From IMG/VR virus record IMGVR_UViG_3300035670_000040, positions 1-64,000 of that record: a stretch of DNA of 64,000 bases; one strand, given 5' to 3'. This document shows positions 27,870 to 38,375 of this stretch, one piece after another; position 1 is the first letter of the stretch; the number at the start of each line of letters is the position of its first letter. The translations under genes were made by a program, and so were the position numbers. The notes under the pieces were generated by a model. That model was given only the letters and a program-made list of their open reading frames with translations. It was not told the DNA's origin and did no database searches. This stretch comes from a virus.

Positions 27870-29687
27870 ATGGTGATTACTTTTATAAATCCAGACGACG
27901 GGAAAGAACATAAAACATCTGACAATAACCCTCTTACATCACTAAGTTATTTAGGTAATTCTACTCCTATACAACAACCTAATACTAGTAATTTAACATA
28001 TAATCCAAATGTAGGAATACAAAGTTTTACTAATAGTAGTACTGTAACAGTTCCTCCAGCAAATGCTAATGTTTCTGGTGAAAATTATATTAATGAAACT
28101 GTCAAAAAAGCTGAACCATTAAATAAATTCGAAACAGCAGTTAATAACTTAACTGATCCATTAAAGTATACAGAACCATTAACACCACAAAATTTTAACT
28201 TAGATCCAAACAAAGTAACATCAGGATTGGGTTCTGGTCCAGAAACAAATAAAAAAATAAAAGGTGATCCTAAAATAGTAGAAGCAGTAGCAAATAAAAA
28301 GTCAGATGCTACAAAAGAAAAACAAATTGGAGGTAGTTCTAGTAATGTTTCTATAAACATTGTTGATGTAGGTAAGGCGGCAAGATTAAACCTAGACGAT
28401 CTTCTTGCTCTTTCGACATATGTTTCTGGTCCAACTAATTTAAATTTACTAGCTGCATGGGTTTACCTTTTATATAACGGCTCAGGTGCTGTCAATAAAA
28501 CAGTTAGTATGGAAAACAATCCAAATAAAAATGATCAACCTATTACAATCTCTGGAAATATGTTGATGTATATGTGGACTAAAGGAAATTCTATTGTAAA
28601 GGGATATTTTCACAAAGGAATTACAAAAATTTTTAAAAAAACTCCAGCATTTAAAGATAAGTTTTTTGAAGATATTGGTGAAGCTGGAACAACAATGCTT
28701 TCAAATAGTGAAAGATTACCAAGCAATCCTGTGTCTGGATCATCAAAGCATACACCATCATTGGTTGAAAGAATGTTGAATAAAATTCATCCTAAATTTT
28801 CACAAGAATTGGAAAAGTATGTGAATGTTCTTAAAGGAAAAGTTTATTTGGCATTACCATCAGGTATTTTAGGATCAATTCAATATGCTATTAGTTATAT
28901 AAATGGAATTGTAACAGCTGTTGCACAACAAATAAATGAAATTTATCAAGGAGCATTAAAAGCGATAAGAGGATTTATTGCAGCAATTGATTCTATTATG
29001 GGAATGATAATGCAAACTATTTTATCATTGGTCGATAAAATTATTCCTCTTGAAATAATTTGTTTAATTTTAGATATTATATCTATGTTTGTTGGTGATT
29101 TAACATTTATAACAAATTTCTTTTCTCATTCAGCTAAAATATCAGATGTTTTAAAAGCATTTAATATAGGTGATCCTAATATTGCAAATTTTTTAAGTGA
29201 TCCTATAAACTCATTAAAAGATTTTCTTCCTGATGATATTAAAAATATAGTTAGCATAGCAGACAGTGTTGCAAATGACCCTATGGGATATTTAGGAGGT
29301 GTGTTGAGTGATTATGGTTATTCTTATATGGCAAAATATTTAGAAGGAGATATTATGGGTGGAGTTCTTGATCAATTTGGATCTCAAGCACCTATTCTAT
29401 ATCCTATTTCTGGTATTATGAAAAAATATGGAGTTTCTGGAAAAATTCAATTAACAGATCCAAACGAACCTTCTCCAAATGTAGTTTTACCAGCAATCAT
29501 TACAGAATTTAGAAAAGATGTTAAAAAAACATTTGATGGATTAGGAAGATCAACAGAAAAATTACAAAATACAATAGACCAAAAAGTTTATGATATAGGA
29601 CAAGGTGCTTCTGATACATTTGGTCTTGGAAATATAAGCGAAAGATCAAATGATCTTGGGTTTGGAACAACAAACACATCAGGTTAA
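27870..29687 (+). CDS. Hypothetical virion/baseplate protein
   Basis: 605 aa; TATAAATA upstream; directly before the gp5-like gene. Confidence 0.6.
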   Translation: MVITFINPDDGKEHKTSDNNPLTSLSYLGNSTPIQQPNTSNLTYNPNVGIQSFTNSSTVTVPPANANVSGENYINETVKKAEPLNKFETAVNNLTDPLKYTEPLTPQNFNLDPNKVTSGLGSGPETNKKIKGDPKIVEAVANKKSDATKEKQIGGSSSNVSINIVDVGKAARLNLDDLLALSTYVSGPTNLNLLAAWVYLLYNGSGAVNKTVSMENNPNKNDQPITISGNMLMYMWTKGNSIVKGYFHKGITKIFKKTPAFKDKFFEDIGEAGTTMLSNSERLPSNPVSGSSKHTPSLVERMLNKIHPKFSQELEKYVNVLKGKVYLALPSGILGSIQYAISYINGIVTAVAQQINEIYQGALKAIRGFIAAIDSIMGMIMQTILSLVDKIIPLEIICLILDIISMFVGDLTFITNFFSHSAKISDVLKAFNIGDPNIANFLSDPINSLKDFLPDDIKNIVSIADSVANDPMGYLGGVLSDYGYSYMAKYLEGDIMGGVLDQFGSQAPILYPISGIMKKYGVSGKIQLTDPNEPSPNVVLPAIITEFRKDVKKTFDGLGRSTEKLQNTIDQKVYDIGQGASDTFGLGNISERSNDLGFGTTNTSG

Positions 29688-29693
29688 TTTATT

Positions 29694-32600
29694 ATGAGTT
29701 ATGTAAAAGATCCAATTTATGGAAATCATTTAGGAATCGTAGTAAACGATGCAAGTTTTGATCCTGAACAAAGAGGTAGGGTTCAGGTATGGATTCCTTA
29801 TTTATCAAATACTTTACATTCTAATTGGAATGAAAAGATGGATGATAAAAAATTTAAACATATTCATGAATCAGGTGCATTGACTCCTGAATTAGTAGAA
29901 GAATTAAAAAATGTTTTACCTTGGGCTGAATGTGCTGGACCAATTATGGGTGGTGGAACATCTGCAACATACAATCCATCAACAGGAATAACAGATACAA
30001 ATCCACACAGGACGTTTGTAAAACCAGTTTCTAGGATATCAAATACAACAAAAGAAAATGTTAAGTATGCTTATTCTGACGGAACTACAAGAAATAAACC
30101 TATTCAAGATGATTTAATGAATAAATTGTCTGAAGCAGCTTACGATGCATATGGTCCAGATGCAAAAGTTGTAATTTATAGTGGAGGTCAAGATGCAATA
30201 GGTGAAGGTGAAAGAAGAACAGGTACAACCAGACACGATGATGGATTTGCTGCTGATGTTTACATTGAAAAAAACGGAAGATACTTAGCAAATGAAGAAA
30301 TGGCTCCAATGATTCAATATTGGTTAGCTAATAAAAACGGTGGTGTTGGTTATGGAATGTTAAAAGATGGTCAAAAAGCTGGATTACATTTAGATATTAG
30401 AACCCCAGAACAAGGTCAACAGTTTGCTAGTACTTATTGGGCTTATCAAGGAGAGCAAAATGATGAACCTGCTATAGTTCAAGCAAAAAATTCTGGTAAA
30501 AATGGAGTTTTACCAGAATTGCAGAATTCTCAGGTTACAAAAACAGCTGCTGATACAGCAGAAGTTGCTGGAACAACGGTAAATGCAGCAAAAACAGCAA
30601 AAGAAGCAGACTTTACACCACAGGACATTTCTTCCTCAACAGGATTTAGTCAAAATTTAGTAAATGCTATTAAAGTATGGGAAGGATTTAAAGGTGAAGC
30701 TGGACAAGATAATACATTAATAACTGGTGGATATGGTACTGAGGCTCCAACTGGAACAAAATATACACCAGAACAAGCTGAAGCAGCACTAATAAATGAT
30801 TTACAAACCAAAAGATTACCAATTTTAGAAAGAAAATTAGAAAAAAACAATATTACAGTAACTCAGGCTCAAAAAGAAGCTTTACTTTCCTTTGCTTTTA
30901 ATAGAAATCCAGAAAAAGGGTTAGATGACGTATTAGTTGGATCCTCATCTTGGGATGATATATCAGCTAAAATGAGAGAAAATTTTGCTGGACCAGATAT
31001 AAGAAATAACCCTAATCACCCAGATTATAATGGTTTAAAAAATAGAAGAGAAAAAGAAATAGAATACGCAAATACAAATGGTGCTAAAGGAGGAAATTTT
31101 AATTCTAATGGATCAGATTCTTCTGTTATGGTTAATCCAATACCAAATTTTAACCCATCAGTAATTCCTGCTGGTGTTGCTGGAGCACAACCATCTGGAT
31201 TTATTTCAACACCAAAAATAGGTGCAAAGGTTTTTGTTTTCTTTTTAGCTGGTGATATTCAAAAACCAATTTATTTTGCTGGTTTATTGGAAAAAGAATC
31301 ATATCAAAAAGTTCAATCTGTATCTAGTCCAGAAGTTCAAGTAACAAATGAAAATGTACATAGAATAAATGAGGTACATGGTTCCATTAATTCAACAAAC
31401 ATGTTTGGAAACATTAATGGAGTTCCTGTGGAAGAACAACAGGTGTCACTTGGTAAACAAGGATCATTGTATCAGTCAGGATCTTATGTTCATGAGATAG
31501 CTGCTGCTGGTAAAACAACTACTTGTTACGGAGATAATCATAATCAATCTCTTGGTCATGAAATCAGAAATGTAAAAATGACCTATCAATTATCATCGGA
31601 AGATCTTAATTTTAGTGCAGGTTTTAATGGAACAGAAAAAGAAATAAATGAAAAATTAAAAGCACAAGAAGATATTCATAAGATTTCTAAAGAAATTCAA
31701 GAAGAAAAAATAAAAGAGATTGAAAGTAATGCAAAAAACGGAGAAAAGGTTCCATGTCCTTTATGTTCTACTTCACATGCAGTTGATAGAGCAAGTGCAT
31801 TTAGCAAAAAAGTAATTTCTTTTTTAAGTAGAATATTAAAAATTCCATATTTTTCTTATGTAGTTGATGTTGTAAATTTTTTAAATAATGTTTTAGTTGT
31901 TCCATTTTGTTCCATCGTACCCGGTAGTGCATTGGGTAAATGTGGAAACGAAGAATGTGAAAATGGATTTGTTCCTTCTCCACAAAAACCAATAGAAGAT
32001 GCAAATAAAAAGGCAATACAAAAATTAGTTTCAAAACAAAAAGAAATAGGTGAATTGGAAAAAAAATTAGGGAGTGGTGGATGTTATTCTGTTACGGCAT
32101 TGAAAGATGTTGTAATTTCTGCTGGTGGTCCTATGAATGATGCAAAATGTTATGCTGAGACGACAAATATATCAGAACCTATTGGTGGACAAACAAAAGG
32201 AGAGGATGGAAAGGGTAGTACTCAAACAATAAGAGCTAGATCTGCAAAAAGTTTAAAAGATGTTCCATATATCCCCCCTGTGCAGTATCCAGGTGGTAAT
32301 ATACTACTTAAAGGTGGTAATGCTGTAAAAATAATCGCGGGAGCACCAGGTATTGAATTGAATACAATAGGAAAAATATCATTAAATTGTGGTTCTATAG
32401 AAATTTTATCATCAGATGGGAAATTGTTACTTGGATCAAAAAATCACACAACTCTAAGTGGCAAAGTTGTAACGATAAATGCTAATGACAAAACAAAAGA
32501 AGGTGGTGTTAATATAAATTCTCCACATATGATATGCAAGGGATTCACTGCAACCGGAGATATTGGTATAAAGGGTGGAGCTAGAATTGATGGTGAATTA

Positions 32601-33281
32601 TCAATACCTTATTTAAATACTGTTGCTCAAAGAATGCAGTGTGATGATGGTATGTCACCAGATCAAAGAATTCCTTTTGCGAATTGGGCCATAGGTGCAG
32701 CACAATCAAATGACACGGCAAACACAGTAAGGCTTGCTTTGACACATTATTCCATGACTGGTTCGTTATTATTGCTTTCAAATATTATAAAATTTGTAAT
32801 GGAAAATTATAATACAATCCTTACAAATTGCATACTTGAACCATCAATAACGGGTATATATTATGGTTTTTGTTTAAATTCAGCAGGACCTGGTTCTTCT
32901 TGGGGATATATTCAAAACTTTGCACACAATCATATGGAAGATCCCAAACCACATCATCATGATTATATTATGCCAAAAGGTACATATTACGATGATATTG
33001 CTGGGGTAAATGATTCTGCTGTTGAACCAAACGAGGTTCCTACAAGGGCAAGAAAAAACGGATTAGGACCAGAAGGTGGACCGAAATCATTAGCTGGTTG
33101 TGGTGGTTTTGGTGGTTGGGCTGGTTCTTCTGGTGGAAGAAAAGCTAAATTAAACTCCTTTGGTTTAGACAACGATTTAAAAGGATTTAACGGTACTGTT
33201 ATTAATAAAAACAACACTAAAGTAGTATATGAAAAAGATGGTAATGTTCGTTTGACAGTAGATGAAACTCCTTGTGATTAA
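29694..33281 (+). CDS. gp5-like baseplate spike with inserted M15-like peptidase and GH24 lysozyme domains
   Basis: OB-fold halves GIVV..DPEQRGRVQV..WA and PKIGAKVFVFF.GD..PIYF; between them RHDDGFAAD..LHLD and IKVWEGF..D..TGGYG..LLSFAFN..GLKNRREKE. Confidence 0.85.
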   Translation: MSYVKDPIYGNHLGIVVNDASFDPEQRGRVQVWIPYLSNTLHSNWNEKMDDKKFKHIHESGALTPELVEELKNVLPWAECAGPIMGGGTSATYNPSTGITDTNPHRTFVKPVSRISNTTKENVKYAYSDGTTRNKPIQDDLMNKLSEAAYDAYGPDAKVVIYSGGQDAIGEGERRTGTTRHDDGFAADVYIEKNGRYLANEEMAPMIQYWLANKNGGVGYGMLKDGQKAGLHLDIRTPEQGQQFASTYWAYQGEQNDEPAIVQAKNSGKNGVLPELQNSQVTKTAADTAEVAGTTVNAAKTAKEADFTPQDISSSTGFSQNLVNAIKVWEGFKGEAGQDNTLITGGYGTEAPTGTKYTPEQAEAALINDLQTKRLPILERKLEKNNITVTQAQKEALLSFAFNRNPEKGLDDVLVGSSSWDDISAKMRENFAGPDIRNNPNHPDYNGLKNRREKEIEYANTNGAKGGNFNSNGSDSSVMVNPIPNFNPSVIPAGVAGAQPSGFISTPKIGAKVFVFFLAGDIQKPIYFAGLLEKESYQKVQSVSSPEVQVTNENVHRINEVHGSINSTNMFGNINGVPVEEQQVSLGKQGSLYQSGSYVHEIAAAGKTTTCYGDNHNQSLGHEIRNVKMTYQLSSEDLNFSAGFNGTEKEINEKLKAQEDIHKISKEIQEEKIKEIESNAKNGEKVPCPLCSTSHAVDRASAFSKKVISFLSRILKIPYFSYVVDVVNFLNNVLVVPFCSIVPGSALGKCGNEECENGFVPSPQKPIEDANKKAIQKLVSKQKEIGELEKKLGSGGCYSVTALKDVVISAGGPMNDAKCYAETTNISEPIGGQTKGEDGKGSTQTIRARSAKSLKDVPYIPPVQYPGGNILLKGGNAVKIIAGAPGIELNTIGKISLNCGSIEILSSDGKLLLGSKNHTTLSGKVVTINANDKTKEGGVNINSPHMICKGFTATGDIGIKGGARIDGELSIPYLNTVAQRMQCDDGMSPDQRIPFANWAIGAAQSNDTANTVRLALTHYSMTGSLLLLSNIIKFVMENYNTILTNCILEPSITGIYYGFCLNSAGPGSSWGYIQNFAHNHMEDPKPHHHDYIMPKGTYYDDIAGVNDSAVEPNEVPTRARKNGLGPEGGPKSLAGCGGFGGWAGSSGGRKAKLNSFGLDNDLKGFNGTVINKNNTKVVYEKDGNVRLTVDETPCD

Positions 33282-34096
33282 TCTATTATTTTTGGCCAAA
33301 ATGGACCAGTAAGAGCATCAACTAGGTCCATATCATTTGATGATCTCATATCCTTAACATTTTTAATCTGTATCTTTAAATTAAGTTTAGTTGCAACAAT
33401 GTTTCTTGAATCAAAATAATATTTAAAATATTTCATTTCTTTTTTTTCATTTTGAACTTTTACTACAAATAATGGAATTTCTCTTCCATATTTTATTCTT
33501 TCTAGATCACCTGTACTATATGATATTAATTCTACATTCCAACCTTTATTAAGATAATTTTTCTTTATAAACTCAGAAAAATCTTCAGCGGTTTTATTTA
33601 ATTTTTCATTCCAAATATCGTATGTAAATTTTTTTAAACTTTCTAGTGTTATTTCTTCATTAATATCATTAATATCAAACCCACCTTGTCCACAAACTTC
33701 TTTTACATTATAAACTTCTTTTCCAGAAGGATCACATATTATCTCATCTTCTATTCTACATCCGTCTTGAAGTATTGAAAGCTTTACCTCAAGAAGTGGC
33801 TTGTATTTATCTAATGTTCTTTTCATTAATTCACCTAGACTTAATCTAGGATCACCAACATCGGTTAAGTTTACTAATGAATCAATCCAAGGACTTATAT
33901 CAAAAGCAGAAGGACCAGGTATTAAAACAGGATCAACATCATCTCTTTTAGCTAATTTTATAACTTCGCAAAGAAATGGTGTTATATTTTCTACTGTTAA
34001 ATTTTTTGGATTTGATAAATCTGGATATTTTGATATATCAGGAAGTTCTGGGATTTCACATACGTCTGGATTTAATGGTTTACTAGAACTGCTCAT
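33278..34096 (-). CDS. Hypothetical protein
   Basis: 272-aa ORF at the end of the minus-strand operon. Confidence 0.7.
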   Translation of the reverse strand: MSSSSKPLNPDVCEIPELPDISKYPDLSNPKNLTVENITPFLCEVIKLAKRDDVDPVLIPGPSAFDISPWIDSLVNLTDVGDPRLSLGELMKRTLDKYKPLLEVKLSILQDGCRIEDEIICDPSGKEVYNVKEVCGQGGFDINDINEEITLESLKKFTYDIWNEKLNKTAEDFSEFIKKNYLNKGWNVELISYSTGDLERIKYGREIPLFVVKVQNEKKEMKYFKYYFDSRNIVATKLNLKIQIKNVKDMRSSNDMDLVDALTGPFWPKIID

Positions 34097-34098
34097 AA

Positions 34099-34470
34099 TT
34101 ATTCAACCTCACCTTGATGCTGTTGTATAAAAACATTTTTAAGAAACTCCATTACTGCATCTTTATCTTTTGGAGATTCATATCCCTGTAAAATAACTCT
34201 TTCACCATCCATAGTATAACCTAAAAGAAGAAAACTACTTAAGTATTCTTCAATAATACCTTTTAAAATTGTTAAATCTCTAATAACAACAGAATTTCTT
34301 CCTTCGTTGGACTTCAACCATTTATCCATACTTCTTTTTAGTTCAACAGCATTTAATGCATCATATAATTTATTTTCAATATCATCTATTTTTTGTGATG
34401 AAGATGATAAATTAGGCATTGTTGATTGTATTTGTTTTGGTTTTTTAGTCCTTTTTTTATTAGGAGGCAT
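34099..34470 (-). CDS. Hypothetical protein
   Basis: Tightly packed operon ORF. Confidence 0.7.
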   Translation of the reverse strand: MPPNKKRTKKPKQIQSTMPNLSSSSQKIDDIENKLYDALNAVELKRSMDKWLKSNEGRNSVVIRDLTILKGIIEEYLSSFLLLGYTMDGERVILQGYESPKDKDAVMEFLKNVFIQQHQGEVE

Positions 34471-34472
34471 GA

Positions 34473-34796
34473 TTAATTTCCTTTGTATGTTGATGATTTA
34501 TTGTTAATATTAAATTTACTTAAATATTCAACAACAATTTCTATTGAAGATGTTTTTATTCTAAAATTTTCAGGGATATATTGACCTCCATCATAAATTT
34601 CAAAAAATTCTTCTCCCAAATAATTTTTATTATTGAAACAAGTTATTAATATAGATGTATTTGATGGATCAACGATTACAGTCCAATTTCTACAATCATT
34701 ATTACTATAATCTACATATAACTTATCAGCCACATATCCACTATCTCTTAATCTTTTAAGAAAATAACTTATTGATGTTATCTTAGTTTTTGCCAT
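34473..34796 (-). CDS. Hypothetical protein
   Basis: Tightly packed operon ORF. Confidence 0.7.
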   Translation of the reverse strand: MAKTKITSISYFLKRLRDSGYVADKLYVDYSNNDCRNWTVIVDPSNTSILITCFNNKNYLGEEFFEIYDGGQYIPENFRIKTSSIEIVVEYLSKFNINNKSSTYKGN

Positions 34797-34820
34797 ATTA
34801 ATATAATTATTGCAATAATT

Positions 34821-35567
34821 TCACTTAACAAGTGCTGATGTTATATATTTTACATCAATAAATTCATCTTCTTTTACATTAAAGACAAAAACCTTGTATT
34901 CATTATTTATTTTTACATTTATACTACTATTTTTTGTATAAATCAAATTTTTAAAAAGTTCTATACTTATTGGTGTTGGTTGTTTAATTGAATCACCAAT
35001 ATATTTGTCACATATTTTAAATTCAACACTATCTTTATTATATTGTGTTAAATCATTAATTTCTGCATATATAGAACTCTCATTTTCCTTAAAATATATC
35101 TTTGAAACGTCTGGTGAAAACGAATAAGCAGACATTATTTTATTCTGACAAGGTAATGGTATTGAAAACTCTGTATCAAATTTTAAATTTGATATTTTTT
35201 TAAGACTAAATGGTGTTTTTGACATTACACTATCATCAACCAAGTGATATTTAAAATGTGTTTTATCAGGAACATCTTTTGTTTGACATTTTAAATAATT
35301 CTCATTAATTATTATTTCTATAAATTTAGAATCCAAACAATCCAAACCACATAAAAACCTTTGAATGTCTATAATATTTATTTTATGCGGTTCTTCTTGC
35401 TTTTCTGCAAGAATACCTTTTATGTAAAGAATAACTATATTATCGGATGATGAACTTATTGAATAAATTTGATCATCTTCTATTTTTATCGTACAGCTAT
35501 CACATAATCTCCCAATAGTTTTTAAAAATCTTTGAAGAAAAGACTTTTCAACAGAAAAACTTGTCAT
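34821..35567 (-). CDS. DNA polymerase sliding clamp (gp45-like)
   Basis: 248 aa alpha/beta; INIIDIQRFL..L and FKYHLVD patterns like gp45; located in the replication operon. Confidence 0.6.
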   Translation of the reverse strand: MTSFSVEKSFLQRFLKTIGRLCDSCTIKIEDDQIYSISSSSDNIVILYIKGILAEKQEEPHKINIIDIQRFLCGLDCLDSKFIEIIINENYLKCQTKDVPDKTHFKYHLVDDSVMSKTPFSLKKISNLKFDTEFSIPLPCQNKIMSAYSFSPDVSKIYFKENESSIYAEINDLTQYNKDSVEFKICDKYIGDSIKQPTPISIELFKNLIYTKNSSINVKINNEYKVFVFNVKEDEFIDVKYITSALVK

Positions 35568-35986
35568 TTTTGATTTGCTTTATTTATGTTCTGAAACACT
35601 TTTCCAAACATTCCAGTTAATTTTGTTAAGTTGTTATTAATTTTTTCCAAATTTGTGTTTATATTCTTAATATCAAATTCTAAACTAGAATAAGAAATCT
35701 GGTTATCATGTGTTTGTGTATTAGAAATACTTTGAGGTTGAATGTTTTGGATAGGTGGAATACTGTGAACTTGATAGTTTTGTGAAGATTGATCTCTATT
35801 AGGTGGTAGAGCCTGTGCTTGTTTAGCTCCTTTTACAAATTCATGTAGATTTATTCTATCAGCTGGAACATCCGGCCTAGATTCCATCATGGAATCTATG
35901 TTTCTCATTTTACTTTTAACCATACCAGCCAAAAGTGCTGCTTCCATTGCTTCTTCTTGTTCAGATATCATTTTATTTTTCTCCAT
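35564..35986 (-). CDS. Hypothetical protein
   Basis: ORF coupled to the clamp gene (alternative start at 35971). Confidence 0.6.
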   Translation of the reverse strand: MEKNKMISEQEEAMEAALLAGMVKSKMRNIDSMMESRPDVPADRINLHEFVKGAKQAQALPPNRDQSSQNYQVHSIPPIQNIQPQSISNTQTHDNQISYSSLEFDIKNINTNLEKINNNLTKLTGMFGKVFQNINKANQK

Positions 35987-36797
35987 ATTCTATTTTTACC
36001 AATGTTTCATATGTGTTTATACTTTCTTTTTGTGAAAGTTTAACCAAATAATGCTTAATATGTCTTTCATTTACATATTTTTGTAATTTTTCAGATACAT
36101 TTTTTGCAATTTCTTCTATAAAAAGTGCATTTTCATACATTAATTCTGTTTGATATGCTTCATCTTGTAAGTTTGTCATATTATATACAGGACTTGAACA
36201 TGATTTATCTAACAAAACTATTAAATCGTCTATCCAAAACGATTTTTTAATATTAATATCATCGAATTCTACTCTAAAGAAAGCATTTCCTCTCTGATTA
36301 TGAGCGCCATAATCAGAAATCTCTTTTGAAGCTGGGCAAAGCGATGAATATGGTAAGTTTGTTTCTAGAAAATATTTCTTTTTATTTCCTTCTAAGCACA
36401 AATAAATGGAAGAATCGTACTTATACAAACATTTCTTGTTAGAAACAGGTGTTTGTTTTGTGCAAAAGTATGAAAAATCAACTTTTATGTTTAAATTTTG
36501 TGATTCAAAATCTTTTATAAACCTATTTTGCACATCATCAAACAACTCATCTATAGTTGGAAATGTTTTTGACAAAAAATAATCAGATATTTTGTTAATG
36601 TTTACACCATTTGTTTTATTATTAAGTGAAGTTTCGATCCTTACATGACAAGGAGACATATAAGAGTCTCCACTCTTGCTTACTATTTTTATAGGTATGA
36701 ACAAATCTCCACACCCAACTACAGTTGAGTGTGGAGATTGATCAACTACGTTTTTGGAAACGTATAAAATATCATTTTCTTTCTTTTTTTCAGGCAT
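35973..36797 (-). CDS. folE2: GTP cyclohydrolase IB-like T-fold protein (divergent FolE2)
   Basis: TPVS, SLCPASKEISDYGAHNQRG, CSSPVY..DE..TE..YEN..F.E, ESI; likely start MPEKK at 36797. Confidence 0.85.
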   Translation of the reverse strand: MPEKKKENDILYVSKNVVDQSPHSTVVGCGDLFIPIKIVSKSGDSYMSPCHVRIETSLNNKTNGVNINKISDYFLSKTFPTIDELFDDVQNRFIKDFESQNLNIKVDFSYFCTKQTPVSNKKCLYKYDSSIYLCLEGNKKKYFLETNLPYSSLCPASKEISDYGAHNQRGNAFFRVEFDDINIKKSFWIDDLIVLLDKSCSSPVYNMTNLQDEAYQTELMYENALFIEEIAKNVSEKLQKYVNERHIKHYLVKLSQKESINTYETLVKIEYGEK

Positions 36798-36801
36798 GAT
36801 A

Positions 36802-37698
36802 TTAAAGATCTTTAAGAATTTCTTCAATTTTAGCATCAGCATCATCAAAACTATCTGTTTCTTCTTTAACTTGCTTTTTTTCAACTACGTTTTTCTTTTC
36901 AAAGATACCAGCATTTGATTCAATTTCAACCATATTATCGTAATTTGCATCTTCATTCTCCGATAATGTCTGTTGTGCGTCTTGAGAATCTTTTTCAAGA
37001 CCTAAAAAGTGGAAATCTAGCAATTCTTTAATCTCAGCATAAGTTTTATGGTTAAAAATCTTATCCAAATCTTTAATTTGAGTATAAATTTCGTCAATAT
37101 CATCAATTCCATCAAGTTTAGAAGGAGACATAAACTTGGAACTAACATATGTCGGATATCCACCCTCATTCTGTTCAACTTTAATCTTAAAACTACAACC
37201 ATTCTCTGATAAATCAAACACTTTTGCACCAAACTCGTCAGATTCATCTCCAGAAATTGCATCAGTAATAATTTTGTTCAACTGTTTACCATATCTAAGA
37301 ATTTTTACCTTTCCTTCGTTATCTGGATTGGTTGGATCTTTAACAACGTAGACATTTGCAAGCCAAGATTCATTTCTCTTAATTGGACGGGTCTTATCGA
37401 TCTCTGTTTCGTTCTTTGTACGATAAATTCTCGAACGATACTCTTCAATTGGGCATTTTTCTCCATATGTTGTTGGACAGAGAAAAGAAATCATATTGTT
37501 TGACACAACACTCTTCCACATATGGTGATAATAGTGGAAAAATGTCCTATCTGGTGCTTCAATGTTTGGAAGCAACCTAAGAACATATGTTTTTCCTGTC
37601 TCCATTTTCATAAAATCCTTGAAATTGCTTTCAGTTGGAGCTTTTTTGTTGAGTGCATCCTTAATGGATTCGAATAGATTACTAGTGTATTTGTTCAT
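36802..37698 (-). CDS. Single-stranded DNA-binding protein (gp32-like)
   Basis: LRLLP, CPTTYGEKCPI, ANVYVVKDPTNPDNEGKVKI, GYPTY..SKF, acidic tail. Confidence 0.92.
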   Translation of the reverse strand: MNKYTSNLFESIKDALNKKAPTESNFKDFMKMETGKTYVLRLLPNIEAPDRTFFHYYHHMWKSVVSNNMISFLCPTTYGEKCPIEEYRSRIYRTKNETEIDKTRPIKRNESWLANVYVVKDPTNPDNEGKVKILRYGKQLNKIITDAISGDESDEFGAKVFDLSENGCSFKIKVEQNEGGYPTYVSSKFMSPSKLDGIDDIDEIYTQIKDLDKIFNHKTYAEIKELLDFHFLGLEKDSQDAQQTLSENEDANYDNMVEIESNAGIFEKKNVVEKKQVKEETDSFDDADAKIEEILKDL

Positions 37699-37713
37699 AA
37701 TTTTCAGACTGCG

Positions 37714-37742
37714 ATATTAGTTTATTTTTTGTGTTATGTCAA
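37714..37742 (-). promoter_or_regulatory. Sigma70-like promoter for the gp32-like gene (TTGACA-N17-TAATAT)
   Basis: tgtcaa 37737-37742 and atatta 37714-37719. Confidence 0.55.
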
Positions 37743-38375
37743 ATTCTTTTTGACAAAATCTTTTGTTTTATTAACCCAAAGTATTATTTTTTCCTTTGAA
37801 TGACAATTATTGAATCTTATTTTATAAGATTCAATATTCTTTATAAGATTTGGAATCCAAATATTTCGTTCGTCCTCTTGAAGCATAAAGAATTCAGTGG
37901 AAACACCAATTGCTATTAAAGAATAAATGTTTATTTTTCCTTCTTTATAATGTTTTACCCATGTTGGCATACATAAAGTTTTATGTTTTATGTATGAATC
38001 CATATTAATTCTTTCTCTTAGACAAAAAGATCCTAAATATATAATACTGTTTTTTATTTCATCTAACTGAGAATCAGGTGAGCAGTTTTCTTTGTGATCT
38101 TTATATAAAGAAAAGCATTTTATAGCCTTTCTTGATGTAAAAAATGATAATGGAGGATAATTTTCATTAGGATATACAAAAGAAAATGATTCAAAGAAAA
38201 AATTCAAATTTATATGTTTGAATTTATTAAAAAAGTTTTCTAATTTATACAAATCAATTCTAGTTGATGAATTGATGTTATCAAAATTCTTTCTAGGATT
38301 ATATGGTTCACCTTTCCTAGAATATTTCAAATAACAATTGTATATTTGTTTTTGTTTTTCGGTTATGTCGGTCAC
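37734..38375 (-). CDS. Hypothetical protein, possible helicase loader (gp59-like by size and position)
   Basis: 213 aa, basic and aromatic, immediately upstream of gp32 as gp59 is in T4; no clear motif. Confidence 0.45.
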   Translation of the reverse strand: MTDITEKQKQIYNCYLKYSRKGEPYNPRKNFDNINSSTRIDLYKLENFFNKFKHINLNFFFESFSFVYPNENYPPLSFFTSRKAIKCFSLYKDHKENCSPDSQLDEIKNSIIYLGSFCLRERINMDSYIKHKTLCMPTWVKHYKEGKINIYSLIAIGVSTEFFMLQEDERNIWIPNLIKNIESYKIRFNNCHSKEKIILWVNKTKDFVKKNLT

